From: Natrialbaceae archaeon
Lineage (GTDB): Archaea > Halobacteriota > Halobacteria > Halobacteriales > Natrialbaceae
Assembly: GCA_046710005.1 (NCBI GenBank)
Contig: JBKEGM010000001.1
Span: forward strand, 1 to 55,856
DNA length: 55,856 nucleotides
Reading direction: 5' to 3'
A program made the position numbers and the translations under genes. Positions 17,529 through 26,767 of the stretch are shown here, in pieces. Below the pieces are notes generated by a model. That model was not told where the DNA came from, ran no database searches, and saw only the letters and a list, made by a program, of their open reading frames with translations. How positions within the stretch are numbered: position 1 is the first letter of the stretch; the number at the start of each line of letters is the position of its first letter.

Positions 17529-17830
17529 TGAGTTCCGACAAGAAGCGAGTACAGTTTCGCGCACCGCACCGTCTCATCGACCGGGCGGACGCGCTCGCGG
17601 CGGTCCTGGGGGAGGATCGGACGGATCTCCTCGTGACCGCGCTCCGAGAATTTCTCCGGGACGCCGCCCAGGACGACGCGCTCACCCAGGAAATCGCTGC
17701 GGCCTATTACGACGACGAAATCTCCTACGAAGAACTCAGGGCCCTGGTCGGTGCCGAGGAGGCGGCGAATTTCCGCGTCCTGAAACAGCAACTGGACGAG
17801 GACTACGTGGAGGATCTGACGGAGCGATAG
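17528..17830 (+). CDS. ribbon-helix-helix (CopG/VapB-like) protein
   Basis: The N-terminus 'MSSDKKRVQFRAPHRLIDRADALAAVLGEDRTDLLVTALREFL' has the RHH beta-alpha-alpha pattern. It abuts the PIN gene (stop 17828-17830, next ATG 17831). Confidence 0.75.
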   Translation: MSSDKKRVQFRAPHRLIDRADALAAVLGEDRTDLLVTALREFLRDAAQDDALTQEIAAAYYDDEISYEELRALVGAEEAANFRVLKQQLDEDYVEDLTER

Positions 17831-18352
17831 ATGACGGATTTCGTTGCCGACACGTCCGGATTCGTGAGCCTCGGCATCGCCGCCGGTCGGGACCCGGACC
17901 CGCTCCGGACCTGTTTCGACGAATACCGAGTACTGGTTCCTGAAACCGTCGTGGAGAAACTGCACGAAATCGCATCGTACGACGACCAGCACGGCCAGGC
18001 AGCGACGGCGGTTCTGGACCGTTGCGACGACGTCTCCGTTCGTTCGGTTTCGCTGGACGACGAGTTCCCGCTTGACGACGGGGAAAACGCCGCAGTAACG
18101 CTCACGAACGAGATCGACGCGGGGCTGTTTTGCTGTGACGAGTTCAATCACCTCGGGTTGATCCACGCGTCGCTCGCCAACACGCGACTCGTGACGACGC
18201 CGACGGTGTTGTCGGTACTCGTCCGAGCGGGACAGTTGTCATCCGAGGAGGCGCTTGGCGTTCTCGAGACGATCAGCCAGGCACGGAGTTGGGAATCGAA
18301 CAGTTACGTTCAGCGCGCCCGGTCCCTGCTGGAGAACGAGGAGACACCGTGA
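17831..18352 (+). CDS. PIN-domain protein (VapC-like/COG2405-like nuclease)
   Basis: 173 aa with acidic residues at the expected PIN positions: 'FVADTSGF', 'DDGENAAV', 'CCDEFN'. Confidence 0.72.
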   Translation: MTDFVADTSGFVSLGIAAGRDPDPLRTCFDEYRVLVPETVVEKLHEIASYDDQHGQAATAVLDRCDDVSVRSVSLDDEFPLDDGENAAVTLTNEIDAGLFCCDEFNHLGLIHASLANTRLVTTPTVLSVLVRAGQLSSEEALGVLETISQARSWESNSYVQRARSLLENEETP

Positions 18353-19569
18353 CGGGGGATCTGGATTCGGACGTCGCGACCCTCGAGGCGACGCTCCGCG
18401 ATCGATTCGGCGACGGGCCCGGCGAGAAGGCTAACCCAGTGACCGTCGCGTCCGCCCCCGGTCGCGTGAATCTCGTCGGTGGCCACACGGACTACAACGA
18501 GGGGTTCGTCCTCCCCGTCGCCGTCAACCGGCGGGTGACGGTCGCCGTCCGGCCCCGAGCGGATCGGCGGATCCGGGTCTACTCGCGTGACGTCGAGGAC
18601 ACCGACGCGTTCAACCTCGATCGGATCGACCGCCGTGAGGGCTCGCACTGGTCGAATCACGTCCGGGGAGTGGCGCAGGAACTACAGGCGGTGAGTGAGT
18701 TCGACGACGCCGTCGCTGGCGCCGACCTCGTCGTCGAGGGGACGGTCCCGATGGGGGCTGGCCTCGGCTCCTCCGCGGCGTTCGAACTCGCGGTCGCTGC
18801 CGGACTGGCCGAGGTGAATGATCTGGACGTGGATCGACAAACGCTCGTCCGAGTCTGTCACGCGGCCGAGAACGACTTCGTCGGCGTCAACTGCGGGATT
18901 ATGGACCAGTTCGCGGCGGCGTTCGGCGAGGCCGACGCAGCGCTCTTTCTCGATTGTCGGGAGGAGACGTTCGAGGCGATTCCCATCGGACGTGACGTCC
19001 GGATCATTGTCACTGACACCAACGTGCGCCACGACCTCGACGATTCGGCGTACAATGAGCGCCGGCGCGAGTGCGAACGCGGCGCCGCCGCCCTCGACGA
19101 CTGCCTCGAGGACGTCGGAGTGGCGGCACTCCGGGACGTCTCCTCGGGAGATCTCGAACGATGCGGCGACGCGCTCGATAAGACGGTCCAGCGGCGCGTC
19201 GAGCACGTCCTGACCGAAAACGAGCGCGTGAAGGCGGCCGCGGCGGCGCTAGAGCATGGCGATCTGGCAAAAGTTGGGACACAGATGGCCGAGTCACATG
19301 CAAGCCTCCGGGACCTGTACGAGGTCAGTTGCGACGAATTGGATGCCGTGGTCGAGATTGCTGCAGGTATCGACGGCGTCTACGGTTCCCGGATGACGGG
19401 CGCGGGGTTCGGCGGGTCGGTGGTGAGCCTCGTTGCGCCGGAGGCCGTCGATCGCTTCGAACGGACCATCACGGCCGCGTACGGGAATCGCTTTGGCACC
19501 GAGGCCGACGTGTATGTTTGCGAGAGTGACGATGGGGTTTGGACCCGTCGGATGGACGGTGGGGCGTAG
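18349..19569 (+). CDS. galK: galactokinase (GHMP kinase family)
   Basis: Galactokinase signature 'GRVNLVGGHTDYNEGFVLP' and GHMP ATP motif 'PMGAGLGSSAA'. The GTG start at 18349 overlaps the PIN stop (GTGA). Confidence 0.9.
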   Translation: MTGDLDSDVATLEATLRDRFGDGPGEKANPVTVASAPGRVNLVGGHTDYNEGFVLPVAVNRRVTVAVRPRADRRIRVYSRDVEDTDAFNLDRIDRREGSHWSNHVRGVAQELQAVSEFDDAVAGADLVVEGTVPMGAGLGSSAAFELAVAAGLAEVNDLDVDRQTLVRVCHAAENDFVGVNCGIMDQFAAAFGEADAALFLDCREETFEAIPIGRDVRIIVTDTNVRHDLDDSAYNERRRECERGAAALDDCLEDVGVAALRDVSSGDLERCGDALDKTVQRRVEHVLTENERVKAAAAALEHGDLAKVGTQMAESHASLRDLYEVSCDELDAVVEIAAGIDGVYGSRMTGAGFGGSVVSLVAPEAVDRFERTITAAYGNRFGTEADVYVCESDDGVWTRRMDGGA

Positions 19570-19589
19570 GAGGCGGATCCCCCGAGACG

Positions 19590-20183
19590 TCAGGCGGCGG
19601 CGAAATCGTACCCGTAGATGTGGTTTAGCATCGCGTACGTAAGGACACCGAGCACCAGGCTCACTATCCAGGATCCGGCGGCAATGCGGCCGATACGTTT
19701 GTGTGGCGTCTCGGTCCGGAGTTCGGCGGGCGTGTGAGTCGATCCAAGAATTAGCGCGTAGAGAACCACCGGGACCGCGAGGATCGATAGCAGGACGTGA
19801 ATCGCAAGCATTCCGAGGTAGGCGATCTTTATGGGACCCATCGCGAGGTCGATCGCTTTGGTGCCGCCGCCCCCGGTTTTGAGAAGGTACAGGACAAGAA
19901 AGACGAGGATGAGCCCGAACGCAGCGCCCATGGCTGCGCGGTGTTTGTCGACCTCGTCCATTCGGATCCACCGCCAGCCTAGCACGAGCAGGACCACCGC
20001 GGTCGTATTGATGCCCGCGATTGCGTGCGAGAGCAGGTTGACCGTTCCAGTGGAGAGGTCCGGGTAGATCGGCAAGCCGACGACGAGGGTTCCGAGAACG
20101 AGCGCATAGCCGACGACCGTCAGGACGGCCGTTAGAGCACGTGTTCGTTTCTTCGCCCACCGTTTCGCGTTTGCCAGTGCCAT
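19590..20183 (-). CDS. DUF420-like (CtaM-type) membrane protein
   Basis: About 197 aa from 'MALANAKRW' with 4-5 TM helices and conserved-looking His residues ('LLSHAIAGIN', 'MLAIHVLLS'). This family is usually linked to heme-copper oxidase genes. The family assignment is from memory. Confidence 0.7.
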   Translation of the reverse strand: MALANAKRWAKKRTRALTAVLTVVGYALVLGTLVVGLPIYPDLSTGTVNLLSHAIAGINTTAVVLLVLGWRWIRMDEVDKHRAAMGAAFGLILVFLVLYLLKTGGGGTKAIDLAMGPIKIAYLGMLAIHVLLSILAVPVVLYALILGSTHTPAELRTETPHKRIGRIAAGSWIVSLVLGVLTYAMLNHIYGYDFAAA

Positions 20184-20314
20184 TGAAAATGAGTACGGGG
20201 CCATAGGTATGGACTTACCGTTTCCCGGCAAAACGAACCCCATCTAACGGGTGACCAGGTGTCCCTGCTCGTGCAGGAAAGTCGATAAAGTGAAATCGGC
20301 GGCGACGGAACCCT

Positions 20315-20737
20315 TTGGGTATGAGCGCGGACCAGAAACAGGAAACGATTCGGTGTCTCGTAGCCAAGGTCGGCCTCGACGGCCACGATCGCGGAGCCCA
20401 CGTCATCGCGCGGGCGTTTCGCGACGCCGGCTTCGAGGTCATTTACTCGGGGCTGCACAAGTCCCCCGAGGAGATCGTCCAGGCGACCGTCCAAGAGGAC
20501 GTCGATGTGCTGGGTATTTCAATCCTCTCGGGCGCGCACAACGCCCTCATCCCCAAGATCATCGACGGGCTGAAAGACTACGGCGCCTACGAGGACACGC
20601 TCGTCATTGCAGGTGGAATTATCCCGGACGAAGACAAGGACCAACTCAAGGGGGAGGGGGTTTCGGAGGTCTTCGGTCCCGGTACCGAGATGGAGGAGAC
20701 CATCGAATTCGTTAGGGAGAACGTCCAGGAGCGATGA
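20315..20737 (+). CDS. methylmalonyl-CoA mutase, cobalamin-binding (small) subunit
   Basis: 'KVGLDGHDRGAHVIARAFRDAGFEVIYSG...VLGISILSGAH' contains the DxHxxG B12-binding motif. Confidence 0.92.
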   Translation: MGMSADQKQETIRCLVAKVGLDGHDRGAHVIARAFRDAGFEVIYSGLHKSPEEIVQATVQEDVDVLGISILSGAHNALIPKIIDGLKDYGAYEDTLVIAGGIIPDEDKDQLKGEGVSEVFGPGTEMEETIEFVRENVQER

Positions 20738-21792
20738 ACGCGACCGCGTCGTCGCTGGTCGAGGACCTCCTCGATGGCGACCACCGCGCGCTGGCTCGCG
20801 TTATTACGAAAATCGAGAACCGGGAACCGGGCTACCGCGAGATCATCTCGGCGCTGTACGATCACACCGGCCACGCCGATATCATCGGCCTCACCGGGAG
20901 CCCCGGCGCCGGCAAGTCGACGCTGGTCGACAAACTGGCGAGTTACTACCGCGACCAGGGGCTTACGGTGGGGATTATCGCCGTTGATCCAACCTCACCG
21001 TATTCCGGAGGCGCGGTCCTTGGCGATCGTATTCGTATGACCTCGAACTCCGGGGACATGGACGTCTTTTTCCGGTCGATGGGCGCGCGGGGGAACCTTG
21101 GCGGCCTTTCGACCGCAACGGGTGACGCGGTGAAGGCTCTCGACGCGTTCGGCAAGGACAAGATTCTCATCGAAACCGTGGGTGCCGGTCAGAACGAGGT
21201 CGATGTCGTCAAGACGGCCGACACGGTCGCCGTGCTCGTTCCGCCCGCCAGCGGCGATGCAATCCAGACCTTGAAGGCCGGTATCCTCGAGATTGGCGAC
21301 CTGTTCGTCGTCAACAAAGCTGACCTCGAAGGCGCCGACCGAACCGTCCAGGAGTTGCGCGAGATGATCCAGATGAGTGGGGATTACAGCGCGCCGGCTG
21401 GCGGTGGTCACCATAGCATCGACCAGTCTGCACTCGGGTCGGACGATACTGGGGAAGAAGCTGCCGACGCGCCGGAGGAGTGGACGCCCCAAATCGTCGA
21501 AACGGTCGCCACAGAAAGCGAGGGCATCGACCAACTGGTCGAAACCCTTCAGGCTCATCGCGACTTTCTTCAGGAGACCGGCGAACTCGCGGGGAAAGTC
21601 AAGGATCGAAACGCGTCGGAGATTCGGAATCTCCTTCGAAACGACGTCAGCAGTCTCCTCGAAGATGAAATCGACCGCCAGGGAGGAATGGACGGACTCG
21701 TCGACGCAGTCATGGCCGGCGAGACGAACCCCTACAAGATAGCCGAGGACATCATCGACCCCATCGAGGACTGCCTGGAGAACGATGGGTAA
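20734..21792 (+). CDS. meaB: methylmalonyl-CoA mutase accessory GTPase MeaB/ArgK
   Basis: P-loop 'GLTGSPGAGKSTL', 'IETVGAGQNE', 'VVNKADL'. ATGA overlap with the B12-subunit gene. Confidence 0.92.
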   Translation: MNATASSLVEDLLDGDHRALARVITKIENREPGYREIISALYDHTGHADIIGLTGSPGAGKSTLVDKLASYYRDQGLTVGIIAVDPTSPYSGGAVLGDRIRMTSNSGDMDVFFRSMGARGNLGGLSTATGDAVKALDAFGKDKILIETVGAGQNEVDVVKTADTVAVLVPPASGDAIQTLKAGILEIGDLFVVNKADLEGADRTVQELREMIQMSGDYSAPAGGGHHSIDQSALGSDDTGEEAADAPEEWTPQIVETVATESEGIDQLVETLQAHRDFLQETGELAGKVKDRNASEIRNLLRNDVSSLLEDEIDRQGGMDGLVDAVMAGETNPYKIAEDIIDPIEDCLENDG

Positions 21793-21813
21793 GCCGACAG
21801 TAGCGATAAGTCG

Positions 21814-22773
21814 ATGGGGCGCCATCTTCCGTCTATGAAACGCACCAGGTCCATCGCAGCCGTCGCTGGCGGGATCGGGTTAACCGCACTCGCCAACGCT
21901 CGTCTACAGGACGCGGGTCCGCTGGAACAGCCACTTTCAGGCCGGGACCGACGATACGACTGGCGGGGCACGGACATCGCGTTCGCCGAACACGGTGATC
22001 CGGACGATCCAGATCTTCTGCTCCTTCATGGTCCCAACGCGGCAGGGACCAGCAAGGAGTTCGAGGCAGTCTGGAGCAGTCTCGCGGAGGACCTTCACGT
22101 GATTGCCCCGGATTTCCCGGGGTACGGTCGTTCAGAACGCCCGCCACTCTATTATTCCGCCGAGTTATACACGTCCTTCGTCCGTGATTTCATTGCGGAT
22201 CGGACCGAGACCCCAATCGTCCTGGCATCCTCCCTTTCAGGTGCATATGCGGTGGGCGCTGCACGAGACGATCCTGGCTCCGTTTCGAGGCTGGTCCTGG
22301 TTTGCCCGACCGACGAAACTTTTCCTGGGCGCAAGGAGTGGGCCCGAACGGTGCTTCGCTCCTCATTCTTCGGGGAGGCACTGTTCAATCTTCTCACGAG
22401 TCGCGTTTCGATTCGGTACTCGAACGCGGACCACGCGTATTACGATCCGTCGCTCCAACCAGACGGTCTCGCTGAATACCAGTGGCGCGCGGCGCATCAA
22501 CCGAACGCCCGGTATGCCCCTGCTTCGTTCGTCAGCGGGTACCTCGACCCAGCCTTCGATCTGGGCGACGAATTGGCCGAACTCGACGTTTCCACGACAC
22601 TGATTTGGGGCCGCGAGGCGGAGACGTCGCCATTGGCTGACGGACGCGAACTTGCCCAGAGGGCCGGTGCGCGCCTGGCTGTCGTCGATTACGCGAAACT
22701 GCTCCCCCACGTCGAACATCCCGAAGCGTTCCTCGAAGCGATGGACCTGGAGGGTCTCCTGGCCACGAATTGA
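21814..22773 (+). CDS. alpha/beta-fold hydrolase
   Basis: 319 aa: 'LLLLHGPNAAGTS', nucleophile elbow 'ASSLSGAYA', C-terminal 'LLPHVEHPE'. The start could instead be Met at 21835. Confidence 0.8.
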   Translation: MGRHLPSMKRTRSIAAVAGGIGLTALANARLQDAGPLEQPLSGRDRRYDWRGTDIAFAEHGDPDDPDLLLLHGPNAAGTSKEFEAVWSSLAEDLHVIAPDFPGYGRSERPPLYYSAELYTSFVRDFIADRTETPIVLASSLSGAYAVGAARDDPGSVSRLVLVCPTDETFPGRKEWARTVLRSSFFGEALFNLLTSRVSIRYSNADHAYYDPSLQPDGLAEYQWRAAHQPNARYAPASFVSGYLDPAFDLGDELAELDVSTTLIWGREAETSPLADGRELAQRAGARLAVVDYAKLLPHVEHPEAFLEAMDLEGLLATN

Positions 22774-23006
22774 TCCCACTGGGCCTGAAGCCAAATCGTT
22801 CCTGGAAGCACCTCCAATACGTCGGATGAGGGACTGAAAATCTTGCAAAGGTGCCCGCGAGGGCGATCATCGTTTCCCAGCCTCCAAAGAATGCTCGACA
22901 GTGTTGCACGATGACGAGCCGATGATACCGTTCCAGTGTCCGGCGTGGTTCCGAGATCGTGTCCCATTCCCGGTTGTATTTTATCGGGGCCGTCCGAAAC
23001 TCCGAT

Positions 23007-24071
23007 ATGGTTGGTGCGAGGGTGGGCAGCGCTGGTGAAATCATTCGGCGTCACTGGAAACGAGGACTTCTGGTGCTGTTCGTGATGGGACTTCTCATTC
23101 TCGGTTTTGGGCTCGAACTGGCGATGACTTACTTCGATACGTCCCATCATGGAACCCAGAGTTCGATCGAACGTGTCGAAGCGGACCCGACCGTAGAACT
23201 GGAGCGGCTTGGGGCGGGGTACGTGGTTCGACCTGCTGACGGGGACTCATCTGTCGGTCTCGTCTTTTACCCAGGTGGCCGCGTCCATCCAGACGCGTAT
23301 CTCGATTCCCTTTCACCGCTTGCCAGTCGGGCCAACGTGACGGTGTTTGTCCCCAAAATGCCCATGAACCTCGCGGTTTTTGGCCAGGGGACTGCTGGAC
23401 CAGTCGTTCGTGATCATCCCGACATCGACAGGTGGTACGTCGGGGGCCACTCGCTGGGTGGGGCGATGGCCTGTCGATATGCGAACGGGCAAGCCGACCG
23501 GATTGATGGAGTGGTGCTCCTGGCGTCCTACTGTGACCGAAACCTTAGCGACGCGTCATTGCGGGTCCTGAGTGTAACCGGGACGGCCGATCGCGTGTTG
23601 AACCGCGACCAATATCAAGCCAGTCGCTCGAACCTTCCCCGAGACACCACGGACGTCAGGATTCGCGGAATGAATCATTCGGAGTTCGGTTCCTACACCG
23701 GTCAACGTGGAGGTGCAAAGGCGGATATCGGCTTTTCGACGGCACACGATCGTTTGGGTGAGGTCCTCGTCCGATGGGTCCAAAACGGCACCAAAATGCG
23801 AGACATCCGCGACGATCCCCAAAGGCTGTCCTCAATTGTCGCCGCCGTTAACCTTTCCCCCACCCGGCACTCAACACCGGGTGATGGGAGACACGTCGGA
23901 ATTGGACGGCGGATTATCGAAGTCCAGCCCGTGGCCGGTGTTCGTGGCCATCGGGCTCGCACTCTCGGAAGTCGGGGTGGTCTTAGCTATATTACCACTG
24001 GCAGTCGGCGGGCTTCTCCTGTTCGTTGGCAGCATCGCCGGTATCCTCGCCGAATCGGGCCACGTTGGTAG
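23007..24071 (+). CDS. membrane-anchored alpha/beta hydrolase with a suspicious Arg-rich C-terminal extension
   Basis: N-terminal TM helix, 'VGGHSLGGAMA' nucleophile elbow, 'GTADRV' and 'GMNHSEFG' for the catalytic Asp/His. After about 'VLVRWVQNG' the frame continues for about 95 Arg/Gly-rich codons and overlaps the next gene by 188 nt. Confidence 0.7.
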   Translation: MVGARVGSAGEIIRRHWKRGLLVLFVMGLLILGFGLELAMTYFDTSHHGTQSSIERVEADPTVELERLGAGYVVRPADGDSSVGLVFYPGGRVHPDAYLDSLSPLASRANVTVFVPKMPMNLAVFGQGTAGPVVRDHPDIDRWYVGGHSLGGAMACRYANGQADRIDGVVLLASYCDRNLSDASLRVLSVTGTADRVLNRDQYQASRSNLPRDTTDVRIRGMNHSEFGSYTGQRGGAKADIGFSTAHDRLGEVLVRWVQNGTKMRDIRDDPQRLSSIVAAVNLSPTRHSTPGDGRHVGIGRRIIEVQPVAGVRGHRARTLGSRGGLSYITTGSRRASPVRWQHRRYPRRIGPRW

Positions 24072-24297
24072 TCCCTGGCCCCTTCTGGCTGGGTTGGGCG
24101 GTGTCCTCTTCGTGCTGGGAACTGGCGTGTACCTGTACACAAGCGCGCCACTCTCGGTGGCTGTGGTCATCGAAACACTCGAAGTGGGTCGGACGATCGC
24201 CTACCGCGGGGTCTCGATCGTGACCGCTGCTCTGCTCACGGTTGCAGTGGCGATCGGCGGCTGGCTTGCAAGTGGATCCACTGGCCTCGAAATCTGA
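23884..24297 (+). CDS. small 4-TM membrane protein (oxidase-neighbourhood)
   Basis: 137 aa from 'MGDTSELDGGLSKSSPWPVFVAIGLAL...' with four clear hydrophobic helices. It lies upstream of coxA. Confidence 0.7.
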   Translation: MGDTSELDGGLSKSSPWPVFVAIGLALSEVGVVLAILPLAVGGLLLFVGSIAGILAESGHVGSPWPLLAGLGGVLFVLGTGVYLYTSAPLSVAVVIETLEVGRTIAYRGVSIVTAALLTVAVAIGGWLASGSTGLEI

Positions 24298-24371
24298 CGG
24301 TAGTCGGAGTCGGGGCGACTGTTGTGATGACCGACACGTTATTAGCCCTCCGGGTTTCATTATAGCTACAG

Positions 24372-24617
24372 ATGAGTACGCGCGTGTTCGACCGCGAAAC
24401 GATGCTCGACCTCCTCGTCAACGTGGTTCCGCTCGCCATACTCCTGTTTTTCATTGGGCTATTTCTGGTGTACGATCCATTCGGTTACGAGACCTCCATC
24501 TACTCGTATCTTCAGATCGGAATCGTCGGGGTGACGTTCATTGCCCTGGCTTACTTGACGTATGCGTCCGGGAAAGCCATCGCGAGCGACGAGAAACGGC
24601 GCGAGGGCGAAGAATAG
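24372..24617 (+). CDS. small 2-TM membrane protein (oxidase-neighbourhood)
   Basis: 81-aa ORF with 'LLVNVVPLAILLFFIGLFLVY' and 'IGIVGVTFIALAYLTYA' helices and an acidic tail. Confidence 0.62.
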   Translation: MSTRVFDRETMLDLLVNVVPLAILLFFIGLFLVYDPFGYETSIYSYLQIGIVGVTFIALAYLTYASGKAIASDEKRREGEE

Positions 24618-24829
24618 GCACGATTTCGGTCTCGGTTTCGGGTCACTCCAACCAGTGCCCTGCATATCCGGGGTTAATGTTCGATTCGAACGGTAATTTT
24701 CCCACTTCAGAATCAATAAAATCCAGTTATATGGGCTATAAACGGGTTTCTGGGGGCTGTTTCGGAACGCCGCTACCCTTAATTTGACCCGGGACTTTCA
24801 TTAGTCTGGAATCCGGAGACATACCAGAA

Positions 24830-26677
24830 ATGGCTATTGGGAACCAACTCCTGCTGACACTGCTCATGGGTGGCTTTCTCCTCTTCGTCGCGCTGTGGCT
24901 TTCACGCGTGGCGGAGTGGCGGACCTATACCCCACTCGTGACTGGTGCCAGTGGGGCTATGGGCGAGGAAACGGTGGACGAAAACGTCGAGAAACCGGGC
25001 GGACTCGTTCGCTGGCTGACCACCGTCGATCATAAGGACATTGGCATACTGTACGCGGTGTTTGCGGTTTTTGCGTTCGCCTGGGGCGGTATATCGGTCG
25101 TTCTCATGCGTCTCGAACTCACCGCACCAGCAACCGACTTCCTGAACGCAGGGACGTATAATGCGCTCCTCACGACACACGGCATTACCATGCTGTTTCT
25201 CTTCGGGACGCCAATCATTGCAGCCTTCGGGAACTACTTTATTCCGCTGTTGATCGGCGCCGACGATATGGCGTTCCCGCGAATCAATGCTATCGCGTTC
25301 TGGCTCCTCCCACCTGGCGCCACCCTCATCTGGGCCGGGTTCTTCCTTGATCCATTCATGGGGAATATCGCACCGGCAATGACCAGTTGGACGATGTACC
25401 CCCCGATTGCGGCCGAACAGGTTGCCAGCGGTGCCGGCCCGTCCGCAACGGGGCCCCCAAATCCGGGTGCAGATTTGATGCTGTTGGGCTTGCACCTCAC
25501 CGGGGTTTCGGCGACGATGGGGGCGATCAACTTTATCGTGACCATCTTTACGGAACGGGCCGACGAGGTGGGCTGGAGTCGACTGGACATTTTCTCGTGG
25601 ACGATGCTCACCCAGTCCGGACTGATACTGTTCGCGTTCCCATTGCTGGGCAGTGCGCTCGTCATGCTACTGCTCGATCGGAACTTTGCAACGACCTTCT
25701 TCACGGTTGAGGGCGGCAGCCCGTTACTTTGGCAACACCTGTTCTGGTTCTTCGGACACCCCGAAGTGTACATCCTTGTGTTGCCACCAATGGGGCTCAT
25801 TAGTTTCATAATCCCCCGATTTTCGGGACGGAAACTCTTCGGGTTCAAATTCGTCGTCTATTCGACACTCGCGATCGGAGTGCTCTCGTTCGGCGTGTGG
25901 GCCCACCACATGTTCACGACGGGCATCGACCCGCGCATCCGCGCCTCATTCATGGCCGTTTCGTTAGCAATCGCCGTCCCATCGGCCGTCAAGACGTTTA
26001 ACTGGATAACGACGATGTGGAACGGCCGCCTCCGGTTGACGACGCCAATGCTGTTCTCGATCGGGTTCGTCGCGAACTTCGTCATTGGCGGGGTGACTGG
26101 CGTGTTTCTCGCAGCCATCCCGATCGACCTGATTCTTCACGACACCTACTATGTCGTCGGCCACTTCCACTATGTTATCATGGGGGGCATCGCGTTCGCC
26201 GTCTTCGCGGGGATCTACTACTGGTTCCCTATCGTCACCGGTAAGATGTACGGCCGGACGCTCGGCAAGTGGCACTTCTGGCTGACGATGGTCGGAACGA
26301 ACCTCACGTTCTTCGCGATGCTCTTGCTGGGGTACGGCGGTATGCCACGGCGGTACGCGACCTACGATGCAATCTCAGTGGGCCCGCTGTCGTACTTCAC
26401 GGACCTCCACCAAATCGCGACGGCCGGGGCCCTTATCCTGCTGATCGGCCAGATAATTTGGCTATTGAACATGGTCCAGTCCTACCTCGAAAGTCCACTG
26501 CTCGAGGACGACGACCCGTGGAACTTGGAGCGCGACAATTTGCGGACGCGGGAGTGGAACTGGCTCGGTTCGAAACAGGACGACCGACTGCTCGCGACCG
26601 ACGGGGGCACGGAAGAGAACGACGTTATCCCCGACGGGGGGGAGAAGAATGCAGACACCCCTGAGGCTGAGGACTGA
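24830..26677 (+). CDS. coxA: heme-copper oxidase subunit I
   Basis: 615-aa, 12+ TM ORF. 'WFFGHPEVYILVLP', 'VWAHHMFTTG' and 'HDTYYVVGHFHYV' are the canonical subunit I His-ligand motifs. Confidence 0.96.
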   Translation: MAIGNQLLLTLLMGGFLLFVALWLSRVAEWRTYTPLVTGASGAMGEETVDENVEKPGGLVRWLTTVDHKDIGILYAVFAVFAFAWGGISVVLMRLELTAPATDFLNAGTYNALLTTHGITMLFLFGTPIIAAFGNYFIPLLIGADDMAFPRINAIAFWLLPPGATLIWAGFFLDPFMGNIAPAMTSWTMYPPIAAEQVASGAGPSATGPPNPGADLMLLGLHLTGVSATMGAINFIVTIFTERADEVGWSRLDIFSWTMLTQSGLILFAFPLLGSALVMLLLDRNFATTFFTVEGGSPLLWQHLFWFFGHPEVYILVLPPMGLISFIIPRFSGRKLFGFKFVVYSTLAIGVLSFGVWAHHMFTTGIDPRIRASFMAVSLAIAVPSAVKTFNWITTMWNGRLRLTTPMLFSIGFVANFVIGGVTGVFLAAIPIDLILHDTYYVVGHFHYVIMGGIAFAVFAGIYYWFPIVTGKMYGRTLGKWHFWLTMVGTNLTFFAMLLLGYGGMPRRYATYDAISVGPLSYFTDLHQIATAGALILLIGQIIWLLNMVQSYLESPLLEDDDPWNLERDNLRTREWNWLGSKQDDRLLATDGGTEENDVIPDGGEKNADTPEAED

Positions 26678-26767
26678 GGCCAAGTGAGGCAACGAGACAA
26701 CAGCGGACCATCCTTACGGTTTCTTCGACCATCCAGTTTGAAGGACGACGCTTCGTAGTGATCGCTC

